A DNA stretch of 64,000 nt from Selaginella moellendorffii (lineage: Eukaryota; Plantae; Lycopodiophyta): NCBI RefSeq assembly GCF_000143415.4, contig NW_003314419.1:145715-209714 (forward strand), given 5' to 3'. The stretch's first letter is position 1. Each line of letters starts with the position of its first letter. The notes under the pieces are model-generated. The model was not told where the DNA came from, searched no databases, and worked only from the letters and a program-made list of their open reading frames with translations. Both the position numbers and the translations under genes were made by a program. Shown in pieces: positions 51,899-64,000 of the stretch.

Positions 51899-52904
51899 TA
51901 AACATTTTTATCTTGGTAGAAGATCTAAGACTTCGCTTGGCACTCTGATTATATTTGTTATGTTATGAGGTGTGTTATAATTATTGTCAATTGCAAATGA
52001 GATTTTTTTCTATAAAGATTAACTATATAAATTATAACTATGATTATGTTAGAAATTATGATTAAATTTACAAATTTTGAAATCACTAAAATATCAAAAA
52101 TAAATACAGCAAGGTAATGGCTCAAATTGGCAAACCCTTCTCATGTGGATAACTACAATACTATTCCACTTAGCAAATTGTTAGAAGAACATTTGGGCAA
52201 TCTCAAGGGACTACAAGTTTGTTTCAGTGATCCAGATTGATGGCATTGAAGCCAAAGTGATAGATGTTTACAATCTCAGCATGCCTTTTATTGATAATCC
52301 AAAAATAATCAATGTGCAAAAAGAAAACCAAGAAAGAGAGAGGATGATGTTTGAGTACCTGGTGGATGACAAATCTCTTCAGGAATCATGGCTGACGAGC
52401 ACACGAGAAATCGAGTTGGCTGTAATTACAACAATTCCAAAAGGTCAAGAATGAAATTTAACTCAGAGAAAAATCAGCTTCTTTTTATAGACAAATTGAA
52501 AAGGCATTAAAAAAAAAGCCAGCATGCAGGCAAATGATGAACATATTTCACCCATATGATCCTGTTGCCTACAGATATCAATATACTTCTGTGTTAGCAG
52601 CGTTTACATTTATCATTTCGTCCTGATTACAATGATATCTTTTATTTTTGGAGAAAGTCAGTGAATATCTCGGGTCACAGTGCTTTGGAAGTTTTGCTAT
52701 CAAAGCTAGAGGAAATTCTTCGGTTGGGGTATGGTTTTGTCACAGTAGTATGGTGACATAAAGGCTATCTAGAAGTCCCAATGGTACAGTCGACTTAATG
52801 CTACAGGTAAGTCTTGCTCTTTGCTATCGCGTCATTCTCATTTGGATCCAGGATACAAAATTTGAGCACCACTACATATCGCTATCTGATAAACAACAGC
52901 AGTG

Positions 52905-52945
<41 letters not shown>

Positions 52946-55601
52946 AGTTGGAATAACAGCAGCAGCAGCAGCATCATCACCAGCGAGAGGATCTCAAGGC
53001 CATGAGAATTCTCCACCAGGAGTTTGGGATCAGTCACATGTACCTAGCAGCCAGCTGAGAAGGGCAATGTGAGGGACAGGACGAAGATCTCACAAGAGAC
53101 AGGGACGAAGATCTTGCAGGGTCGGCCATCACCCACGAGCAGCAGAGATTGATGAGGTCACTGATTTGCTCTCTCACTTTGGAGCCATTTCTGCTCAACC
53201 CAGTGGCAAGGTGAGCTTCAATGTGGTGGCAGTGATCCACCATGCATTTCTCTATAGGGGCACGGTGCTGTACAAATCCAATTAGTCTGGAGACGAGGAG
53301 CATCGTCACACCCATGGACGTGTATTGATTATTGTGACACACTAGGTAGGTTCCAATCCAACTTCACCAACTTGCAGAGAAAGAGAGAACTAAGAAAGAC
53401 AAACAAAGAATAGTGACCATGGCCATGTCTACATGTTTGAGGACAAATTAAGTGAAGTGGTACCAGATTCAATTGTATTTGTGTTGTAATCTACATTATT
53501 TATAAGGTGTCTCCTGCCCTTGACTAAATAGCAACTGTCCTTCCCTCTTCACTCTAAGTGAGCACTCTGACCTACACACATAACAGTAACATATGTGTCG
53601 AGAAAGCCCACTGCTCAGTTCAAGCTCAAAGTCACTTTGCTTCTCTACATTTATATCAACAGCTACTCTACATAATCAGGCTGTGTACTCCACATGAACC
53701 ATGGAGCCTATAGTTGGCCTGTCGCAAGACATCTCTTCTCCTCTGGTATTCCTGTTGAAGAACTAAGCAACAAGCAATACAAAGCTTACACCATATCACT
53801 CACGGTCACTTTTGCAAGGGCTTACTTAAATTCCAAGCTTGCACGGACTCAGAATCATGTAAATATGAGTGCACACTCGCAGTTATGCTTGCTGTCCCTC
53901 AGAATTTTTCTCCTCTTTAGTGCTACTGATATCAGAGCATTTATCAAACAATTGCTGTGCTATCTCCTCTGCATGTGAGTGAGCAAAGGGAATGAGTTTC
54001 ACTCGAGCAGGGGTACCAATGGAACCGCACACTCACTAAAGAGAATCCATTCATTGCGAAGAGGAACCCACCAAAAAGAATCCCTCACGTGCTGTTTAGA
54101 ACTGTCATAGCAGGCCGGAAGATAGGGTTTCACGCATTCTTCCAGGGCTTGAGTATGGAGTTGGGACGGTAGCATTCTCTGTGGTAGCACCATTGCTAGG
54201 GATCTCAGTATACATGTTCTTGGGGAGCTTTATGGAACCGCTCCACTGGAATCATCTCCACATGGTGGGGGTAGCCTGGAGCAGATTGTTACGATGATCC
54301 CTATTTGTCTCTGTCTTTCTGCACATGATGTGGTGGAGAACACAAGGACAACAAAAACATTGGCTTGGCGTAATGAGCCTCCGGGAAAGTCCTGCAAACA
54401 GTTCCATACGGTTTTAAAATATTTGCAGTGTATGGATCACAGATGTGACCCTTGTACTCAGTGTACTGCTTAACTCTTCACTTATTTCCTCTGGGGATGA
54501 TCAGAAAGTAATAACTTGAAATAAGAAGACAATGTTTTCTCTGCTTCTAGATTTCCAGGCACTTCCACTCTTGCATGATCCTCCTGTGTGGCGTGAGATG
54601 ATGATAATGAGAATGTGGATAATGTGGACTTATCACAAGAGCACTACTGTGGCAAACTTTCTCAAGAGAACTAAACTAATACAAGATGCAGATAGGTTCA
54701 TCAAGAGAATGTCATTCACTTCTTTAGTGACTGCTTAGTGCCTGTAAATTCACAAGGACTTGGAGAGATGATCAAAAGGTGGCAATGGATATGCTTAAGT
54801 GTGTGAAGCGTGAGCATATGAGTTCCGTGCTTTGTAGGAGCTTCATTATTGCTGATACCAGCTAAATTAAGTTTGACTTGAATTCAAACTATCTCTTTAT
54901 TTTCTATCTAAGTCACGTGTATATGCACTGTTAGCACAACTATTATATAGAAACTGAATAAGAGTTTTGATGGATGGCTCAAAAGAAGTTAGGTTGATTC
55001 AAAAAATACCTCTCCAAATTTTTGAAGAGATGGAGAATGATAACTCCACAATGGTGAGATGTGATGGTAAGAATTAAGGACTAATGCTTGACATAAACAT
55101 GAAGTTTACCTATGTATGTATTAAGTTTCTAAGCATAAAAAGTGGCAAGAGGAAGATGGATAAAGACAATAAATTCTACACAACCATGCAAACAAACCGT
55201 CAAGTAGGCAAAAATCAAAAGTAAAAGCAATATAAGTGTTAGATAAAATGCAAAACATCATGGATGAGTCAACAAGAACCTGTCAAGTGAATTGCAATAA
55301 GTACAACTATCCTTTCTTTGTGATTACAGAGTGGAACCTCTGATATCTATTCTTTTCAGAGAAAGTCAGTGAATATTTTGGGATACAGGTAATCATTGTG
55401 CTTTGTATGTTTTGCTATCAGAGCACTCCACATTCAAATATATATAACCACAGATACCACCTACTCAAAAATAAACTGGATATAACCATAAAGGAAGTGC
55501 ATAGAAAGAAAAATAGGCAGCTAGCCTCTTCCCACTCTTTCATGCACTGTGCTCCATGAACAATGTGCGAGTGGAATCCCGAATGGGACAGCCTTTCGCC
55601 T

Positions 55602-56252
55602 GAGGGCGTGAAATACATTTGCCTCGACAGCTTACAGGTGCTCAACTCCAAAACTCTGGAACCGGTTGCCAAGGACGGTGTCACCATTGGTGAAGTTTGC
55701 ATGCGTGGGAACATGGTGTTCAAGGGGTACTTGAACAATCCAGAGGCAACGCTGGAGAGCTTTAGAGGAGGATGGTTCCACTCTGGGGACTTGGCAGTTT
55801 GGCATCCCGATGGATACATCAAGATCAAGGATCGAGCCAAGGATATTATCCTTTCTGGAGGGGAGAACATTAGCAGCCTGGAAGTGGAGAGCATCTTGTA
55901 CAGGTAAAAGGAGAGTTTTTTCTTCTTTTTTTCTCGTCAAAGTTTGCTTCTTTTTCTTCCAGGCGTCCAGCAGTGTTGGAAGCTGCTGTGGTGGTGCAGC
56001 CAGATGAGCAGTGGGGCGAGTCTCCATTGTGCATTTGTGTCCCTCAAGCACGGCGTGAGAAGCAACAAGGAGGAGATACTCTCGTTCTGTCCACAGCATT
56101 TACCAAAGTTCATGGTGCCAAAGAGCGTCCGTCATTCTCATGGCCTTGGACAAAACTGTGACTGGCAAGATCCAAAAACACGTGCTGCGCAGCAAAGCAA
56201 GAGCTCTTGGCAGCGTCAAGCAAATCAGCAAGCTCTACAAGCCAACTATTGA
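55602..56252 (+). pseudogene. Acyl-activating enzyme (AMP-binding) 3' fragment
   Basis: GEVCMRGNMVFKGYLNNPEAT...GWFHSGDLAV.HPDGYIKIKDRAKDIILSGGENISSLEVE, then PDEQWGESP...TGKIQKHVLR with frameshifts. The N-terminal half is absent. Confidence 0.88.
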
Positions 56253-56399
56253 ACTTGTAAAGCTTGAAATCGTTCACAGCCCGGAAAATCCCAAGTCTAG
56301 CTTGGCAGTTTTAAACCGGTCAGCTACTGTTCCGTCTGTTGTAATGTACTGGAATGACAAATAAATAAATAACATGCATGAATCAAGAACGCAATTCAT

Positions 56400-57290
56400 C
56401 TACCTCAAACAGTAGCTTTGTCTTATCAGCTGTAACTCTTGCATATCCAAATCCCAACCTTCAAATCAAGCTTCATGAACTAAACTGTCGACAAAAAAAA
56501 TTTTAAAAAAAAGGTAGAATATCAATACCATATAAAGAGCTTGAATATAGGAAACAAAGCTGCAAGCTTACATTACGAGGGAAGTCATCCAGGCTGAATT
56601 CAGCCATGCCAACCACGGCGTGAACTGGAGCTGAGTAAATTCTAGTGTCAAAGAAATCAACGCCCACTAAATCCTTGATCGGGTGCTGCAGGCAGTGGCC
56701 CTGAAACACAGCACAAGTTCGCTCATAGTTGTGAACATGCCCCCACACTGCTAAATCAACCTGTGCAAAAAAAAAAAAAAAAAACAAAAACGACAGTTTC
56801 ATTCTAGTTTTCCCTTTGAAGAGCTTGTGTTTTACCTTGTTTCTCAAGAGCAATGGTTCCACAGCTGCTACAAATTTTGGATCCACATTTGGTAAAGTTT
56901 ACAGTTGAGTGGAGTACATAGGTCGATGACTGAAAGAAAAATAGCACACATGAGTTTACAGAATGAAAATGTGGATAAAAACAGTTACCTTGTGAAAACT
57001 ATCCATGGTGTACTGAATCTGTCGACAGATTCAAGGTCGGATTTCATCCAAGCATACTGTAGAAGAAGGTTTCATTGAAGTAAAGATGAAAAGAATAAGA
57101 ATGCATACTTGTTTGCTGGTCAAACTCCAGTCGTGTTCTGTAGAGATGACTGTGAAATGCACGGGGCTGATAGCCATCGAGTACCATATGTCTTGGACAA
57201 GCATCCGAAAATAAGTTCGATATGGGACTCCACACTTGCCACCTGAGTCTGGTGTGTTATACAAAGATCCTGAGCATGGATAATCTCTGA
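56400..57290 (-). pseudogene. Purple acid phosphatase / nucleotide pyrophosphatase 3' fragment
   Basis: DSGGKCGVPY, HFTVISTEHDW, VEPLLL..KVDLAVWGHVHNYERTC, APVHAVVGMA, with short introns. The 5' exons are missing. Confidence 0.85.
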
Positions 57291-57859
57291 AAACCACACA
57301 GATCAATCTACAAGTTTTCATAAGACTTTGTGAGTACCTCATGCGGTTTTCAATGGCTGTCATGTACACAGTCTTGGATGCTACTGGAACAGTGACAGAG
57401 AAATGGAGGCAAGACCCAACAGCTACGTTGTGGATAGATTTGTAAAAGAGAAAGCAAGCCATACACTTTCAGCCAGCATAGCAGAACACGTAAACCAACC
57501 TTATCAAAGATGGGGCACCATGCATGCAGCACTGTACGCAGCACCATTTTCTTACCAGAAGAAAATATAATTTACATGTATATATTACTGAAAGAGAATT
57601 CTGCACATAATCCCACACACAGGGAAAGCAGGAGAGAGGGAGAACCTTGCAGTAACCCATAGATTTGCCTGCTCTTTACATAGCCTGTGGTTCTCCTTGC
57701 TCTCGTTCGCCCTAAAAGCCACAATTAAAAAATTTCTGATTTGAAAAGTTACAACCTTTTGTAATTATATCTCAGCCGTTAGATCTTGGCATATGCCCAG
57801 AATAAGCGTCCCCAGCATATGTTATTATTATACCAGCTTTTTCGTTTAAATAATGAGTA

Positions 57860-58300
57860 CTAGTAGAGACCCCAGCTCTGCTGGGAGATATAGCATACCT
57901 AATATAATCATAATGATAACATGCATATTTAAACATCATATAATCTTTATATTAAAAATCCCATCTACAATTGACTCTATCACCAGCACACATCATAAGA
58001 TAATAAGTATAACTCATAACATTATACCACATTTAAAACTCTGATTGTTGACTGAAGTCCTAGATCTTCTATAAATGGAATAATTCACTATGGAACCCCA
58101 TGGCCAGATGAGTCATTTAGAGATTGAGGTTTGGTAACTGATTTTTACATTTATTTGAAATCTATATAATTGATAAACATATATTATTACTTGATTATTC
58201 ATTCAACATTATAATTTTTCCACGTACTAAAGTAAGTGTTGATTTGCATAACTCTATGCAATCTTCACAACAAATGAGAACTTATAAAAATATAAATATT
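57860..58300 (-). mobile_element. Second Helitron-like 3' end, an inverted copy of ~51430-51900
   Basis: CCCAGC-TCT-GCTGGG hairpin at 57871-57885 and CTAG at 57860-57863. About 400 bp is similar to the reverse complement of 51430-51900. Confidence 0.6.
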
Positions 58301-60883
58301 TCGATATATCCTCTATAATTTCTTCTTTCAGATGTATATAACACTAAATAAATATTTCTCTAATTAGTAAAAATTAAATTACTTTTTTAATATTAATACT
58401 AATATGTATTTCAAAAGGGTAGTAATATCTTTATATGTTCTTTCTTGCTTCAAATACTAAATCCATTATCTGGTTTTAACTAATAATATTTTACAAGCCT
58501 AATACTAAATTCTTATATTTTAATATTCAAATTCACTAACTGAGTTTTGCATTATTATTAAACCCACTAAGTAAATTTGTCCTAATTAATACCACATTTA
58601 TATTAAACCCCATGACAATAGAGAATGATTCTTGGTATGTAATAGGTATAAGCTATCTCATACACATACAAATATCAAATCTATTTCTTAGTAATATCTT
58701 AAAAAATAGCTACCTCCTCTATATTTTCTATTAGCCTTCTTGCTCATAACTTTATTTAATCTGCCAGCAACTTTACATAAATTTGATCTTTTCTTTCAAT
58801 AGTGACACATAGTTAGTATAAAGTTTTTGATATTGCTCTAGAGTTTTTTCTGCAATTGTACTATTTCAATCCCTGAGAGTTGTTACCTAAGCATGACTAA
58901 AAATCTAGCAAGGTTCAAAAGGATAAATTAAGTTTAAAAAAATACAGAAGTTAATGGTTTCCAAATAGAATACAATTATGTGTCATATTTGTAAGAATGA
59001 TACAAAAAAGATACACCTCTAAAACCTTTCCAACACCTTTCCAACCAGAACATGCTTTAGCATTAGATCAAGCTTGTGTAAGACATTTTGTAACTCATAA
59101 TATATAAGATATCTACTATGAAAACTAAATGATGAAGAGACAAAATACTTGTGAAAGAAAAACTTAGAATAAGGATAAGGAAAGCTCATAGAAATACAAG
59201 ATTAAAATACTAAATAGACTGGTTTATATGAACTTCTCAATAAAAGTGATTTAGGCTAGAATGTAGTAGAAAAGCTCCCAATCAAATATCCAGATTGATA
59301 GAAAAAATAATAAACCATGCTCCATCAAGATTATAATTAGGTGATATCATGTTAGCAGGCTCTATATAGAAGGTATCATTTCAAAAGCCTTAGGAAATTT
59401 TAAAAAATTTGACAATTTTCTACAATATTGTCTCTAGCAAAATATTTAAAATCATATATTACTAAAAATCTAGAAAAGTTAAAATATAATAGTAATACAT
59501 TTGTCAATACTACTTATTATTCAGCAATTATATAAATGAGAACATGATTATAAACATACATAGATCTAACACATTAATATGTTCATGATAATACTATTTT
59601 ATTTTGTATATGTTCCTTTATTTAATGTTAAATAATGACTTATCAATACATAATAAAACATAAGGTTATTTTCTTTTTTATTTACATTGACGTTTCAAGT
59701 TTATCATTTGTGAATAAAGTATTTTTATTGCATTTTATCCTCTCTACTTTTTTATTCTCTTGTATTATAAAATATATTGTTTAAAAAATGTTTATAAATA
59801 TAGATATAACATATTACAATATTCATGAATATATTTTATATATGTTCTTGACATAAACTTTTATACCATTATCTAAAATATAAAAACTTTTTAAAAAGGA
59901 AAAACATAAAAAATCAACACCTGTAGAAACATGGGAGTTTATATAGGACCTATAAAAAACAGAGATATAAGAAGCCATCCTAAAAAGTATTTGCCTCCTA
60001 AAAAATTTTGAATGTAAAATTGAAATTGAAATGGTTCAAAAGATTCAAAATACATAAGAAAGCATTTTGAATCTGTATATATCTCACATCAAAATATGCT
60101 CTAATAAATATTTGACATAGCTTATTTCTGAGTTATACTGCTGCTCTGAGTATTGATTGATTGATTCTTAGAGTTATGTCAACTTTTTGATGATGGAGTA
60201 TAGTGTGCTTAACTGATACACTACTACTTTTTATTTTAATTTAATAGCTATTTAATTTTTGTTTAGGATTATCTATGCTATGGTATATTAAATTTTGTAG
60301 TCTTTTTATACAAGGGTCATGGTGTCTTCAAAAGTACCTTAGATTATCAACATCAACAAACATTTGTGCTTGCTTCAGCCACCAAAAGAATGCAATGTTG
60401 AGTGTCTAAAAGAGGCTCTAATGGGATAATCATAGTATCCTTTCATTCATTTCCACTATCTATAATTGCATCAACTTCTTATAGTCCATATTGTGTTATG
60501 TCATTTATCTTCAAAAATGATCTGGCAGTTATAATGTGGCAAAGTATAACTGGGTCATCTTCCTCTGTTTTGAATTTAAACCTCTAGCCATACATTTATC
60601 TATAATTATACTTATATATATTCTAATTAATTATAAACTAAAATTTAAATTTGCAAGTTTAATTCACTATAAAATCTATAATAGCATATGCATTCAAAAA
60701 TTATATAATATGATTTGATAATAATGATCTATACTTTATCCAATTGCAACATTTTAAAATTCCAAATCCCATACATGTCCATATTTGTCTTTATACAAAT
60801 ATTGAGCAAAACTATGTTCAATACCTTGAGATAGGTGAGATACCTTCAATAATTACAATAGATGCAAACCCAAAGAAATTTTA

Positions 60884-62645
60884 TGTAGTGCACCTTATCT
60901 CTCTCCCCTTAAGCCAACTGGAAAAGGGGCAATTGCTTGATAAAAGAGCGCTTAGTGGCTATTTTATCCCTATTTATCCTTCAAGGTTTTAAAGATTCAC
61001 GGTGACAGTATATTCAAATCTCATCCCATGATAACATACATTACACTCACCCCCTTTCAGAGATACAACGTCCTCATTGACTATTGATGAACAACCCCTA
61101 CTGAGCTAAAGGGAACCAACACCTCCATTTCTACACTAAATCTACCAATCTTTCCATTGTATATACTAGTTATTCCATGTGAGGCAACTAGTTATCCACC
61201 TGTACCACAGTCCCACGGTGAATACCTTTGTTTGTGGATACTCCACATAAGAGGAAGGACGTATGCATGGATGCCCAATATGTACGATTTCAAATTTAGG
61301 GGTAGAAATATACCTTGCTTAAGGGTATATTACATTTTTAAGTAGCCACTAATCAATGGAAATTGAACCCGTGCCATTTGCTCCGAGCCAAAGGGAACCA
61401 ACACCTCCATTTCTACACTAAATCTACCAATCTTTCCATTGTGTATACTAGTTATTCCATGTGAGGCAACTAGTTATCCACCTATACCACAGTCCCACGG
61501 TGAATACCTTTGTTTGTGGATACTCCACATAAGAGGAAGGACGTATGCATGGATGCCCAATATGTACGATTTCAAATTTAGGGGTATAAATATACCTTGC
61601 TTAAGGGTATATTATATTTTAAGTAGCCACTAATCAATGGAAATCGAACCTATGCCATTTGCTCCAAGCCAAAGGGAACCAACACCTCCATTTCTACACT
61701 AAATCTACCAATCTTTCCATTGTGTATACTAGTTATTCCATGTGAGGCAACTAGTTATCCACTTGTACCACAGTCCCACGGTGAATACCTTTGTTTGTGG
61801 ATACTCCACGTGACAGTATATTCAAATCTCATCCCATGATAACATACATTACACTCACCCCCTTTCAGAGATACAACGTCCTCATTGACTATTGATGAAC
61901 AACCTCTACTGAGCTAAAGGGAACTAACACCTCCATTTCTACACTAAATCTACCAATCTTTCCATTGTATATACTAGTTATTCCATGTGAGGCAATTAAT
62001 TATCCACCTGTACCACAGTCCCACGGTGAATACCTTTGTTTGTGGATACTCCATATAAGAGGAAGGATGTATGTATGGATGCCCAATATGTACGATTTCA
62101 AATTTAGGGGTAGGAATATACCTTGCTTAAGGGTATATTATATTTTTAAGTAGCCACTAATCAATGGAAATTGAACCCGTGCCATTTACTCCGAGCTAAA
62201 GGGAACCAACACCTCCATTTCTACACTAAATCTACCAATCTTTCCATTGTGTATACTAGTTATTCCATGTGAGGCAACTAGTTATCCACTTGTACCACAG
62301 TCCCACGGTGAATACCTTTGTTTGTGGATACTCCACATAAGAGGAAGGACGTATGCATGGATGCCCAATATGTACGATTTCAAATTTAGGGGTAGGAATA
62401 TACCTTGCTCAAGGGTATATTATATTTTTAAGTAGCCACTAATCAATGGAAATCGAACCTGTGCCATTTGCTCCGATACCAAATATAGTGCACCCTATCT
62501 CTCTCCCCTTAAGCCAACTGAAAAAGGGGCAATTGCTTGATGAGAGAGCCCTTAGTGGTTATTTTATCCCCATTTATCCCCCAAGGTTCTAAGGATTCAC
62601 GGTGACAATATATTCAAATCTCATCCCATGATCACATGCGCTACA
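60884..62645 (-). mobile_element. Tandem TRIM with 162-bp LTRs and 282-bp internal tandem repeats
   Basis: LTRs at 60884-61045 and 62484-62645, with a partial middle LTR at ~61807-61853. PBS (rc TGGTATCGGAGC) at ~62470-62481. PPT rc CTCACCCCCT. 282-bp period (61157/61439; 61965/62247). No TSD seen. Confidence 0.82.
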
Positions 62646-64000
62646 CTAAATTTGTGCATACTGGATTAGATATTGCAAATTATCATCACATATGAGTCTT
62701 TAATTGTCTGTGTTAAAATTTAAAAATGTTTAAAGTCATAATAATATTTGAAAACAACTCTCAACACAACCTAAATTATAAGTTAAGCTTACTCTTATTA
62801 AAATCTTGACATTGCTATATAGCCAATCATCCTTCTATATTTAAAAGAGAAAGGGCGACATATTCAATCGAGATTCTTTACGAGCTTAATGGTGGAGATG
62901 AAGACACGTGGGAAAAAACAGTTGAGGGTGAAACCTTTTTCTTTTAGGGTAATTTATGTTATGGCTGTTCATATCTGAGGGTTTCATGTTTGACTCTCTC
63001 TCGTGTCACTGTGCAGCATTGGGAACGAAACAAGGAGAGCGAGCTCCTTGATTCTTCACTATTGATAAGTTTCGTTCTCACATTTTACACAGTTGAATCG
63101 CCACTGTTTCTGAGTCTCCAGAATGTATACTTTGGAACGGGTATGTGTATGATTTACGGTCTTTGCAATGTCGTTTGAATGTGTTTGCATAAGAACAGGT
63201 CATGAGTACTGGGAAGATGAAGGCATTGAAGAAAAAAAGCCAGCGTGCAGGCAAATGATGAACATATTTCACCCATATGATCCTCTCACCTGTAGGTATC
63301 AATATACTTCTGTGTGACCAGTGTTTACATGTATCCTTTCGTCCTGATTACAGAGTGGAACCTCTGATATCTATTCTTTTTGGAGAAAGTCAATGAATAT
63401 CTTGGGATACAGGTAATCATAGTTCTTTGTAAGTTTTGTTGTCAAAGCTAGAGGAAATTCTTTGGTTGGGGTATGGTTTTGTCACAGTTTTTTTATGGTA
63501 GTATGGTGACAGAAAGGCTATCTAGAAGTCCTAATGGTAGAGTTGACTTAATGCTACAGGTAAGTCTTGCTCTTTGCTATCATGTCATTCTCATGTGGGT
63601 CCAGGATACAAAATTTGAGCACCACTACATATCGGTATCTGATAACAACAGCAGTGGCTGGAGAGAGAGAGAGAGAGTTGGAATCACAGCAGCAGCAGCA
63701 GCAGCAGCATCACCAGCAAGAAGATCTTAAGGCCATCCACCAGGAGTTTGGGACCAGTCACATGTACGTAGCGGCCAGGTGAGAAGGTCAGTGTGAGGGA
63801 CAGGGACGAAGATATCACAAGGGACAGGGACGAAGATCTTGCAGGGTTGGCCTTCACCCACAAGCAGCAGAGATTGATGAGGTCACTGGTTTGCTCTATC
63901 ACTTCTGCTCAACCCAGTGGCAAGGTGAGCTTCACTGTGGTGGCGGTGATCTAGAGCAGGTTAATGACCATGCGTTTCTCTACAGGGGCACAATGCTGTA

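Noticed and set aside
51430-58300. Pack-MULE with long TIRs around the AAE and PAP fragments
   Set aside because: The inverted copies end inward in hairpin+CTAG, and I found no outer 9-bp TSD. Two opposed Helitron-like ends explain them better.
61157-62435. Four near-identical 62-64 aa ORFs as a peptide gene family
   Set aside because: They have non-ATG starts and simply follow the 282-bp TRIM repeat unit.

Overview
Repeat-rich eukaryotic nuclear DNA, most likely from a land plant. The ~50-nt GT-AG introns, plant-type genes and tRNA-Met-primed LTR elements fit a compact genome such as the lycophyte Selaginella, but the organism is an inference. Positions 1-39.7 kb are nested transposons: two copies of a long-LTR retroelement (TSDs CTGTA and CAGGG), a decayed Ty3/gypsy, and 5S-rRNA-bearing Cassandra-type TRIMs. 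Positions 40-64 kb hold a polyamine/amino-acid transporter gene, gene fragments (MDH, RPA70, acyl-activating enzyme, purple acid phosphatase), two Helitron-like 3' ends and a tandem TRIM. The standout is an 11.6-kb DNA transposon (7735-19324) with 24-bp TIRs and a 4-bp TSD, inserted into an LTR. It encodes a Sola-like DDD transposase and, divergently, a spliced gene for a ParB/Srx-like domain fused to a degenerate beta-class DNA amino-methyltransferase-like domain. About 27 copies of a 22-bp palindrome (ATGGCRTGWGGCCWCAYGCCAT) are scattered through the element, including inside most introns of the ParB-like gene, and I saw none outside it. This suggests a transposon-encoded protein plus its own binding-site array (ParB/parS-like, or anti-silencing). 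All domain calls come from motif recognition by eye, not from database searches.
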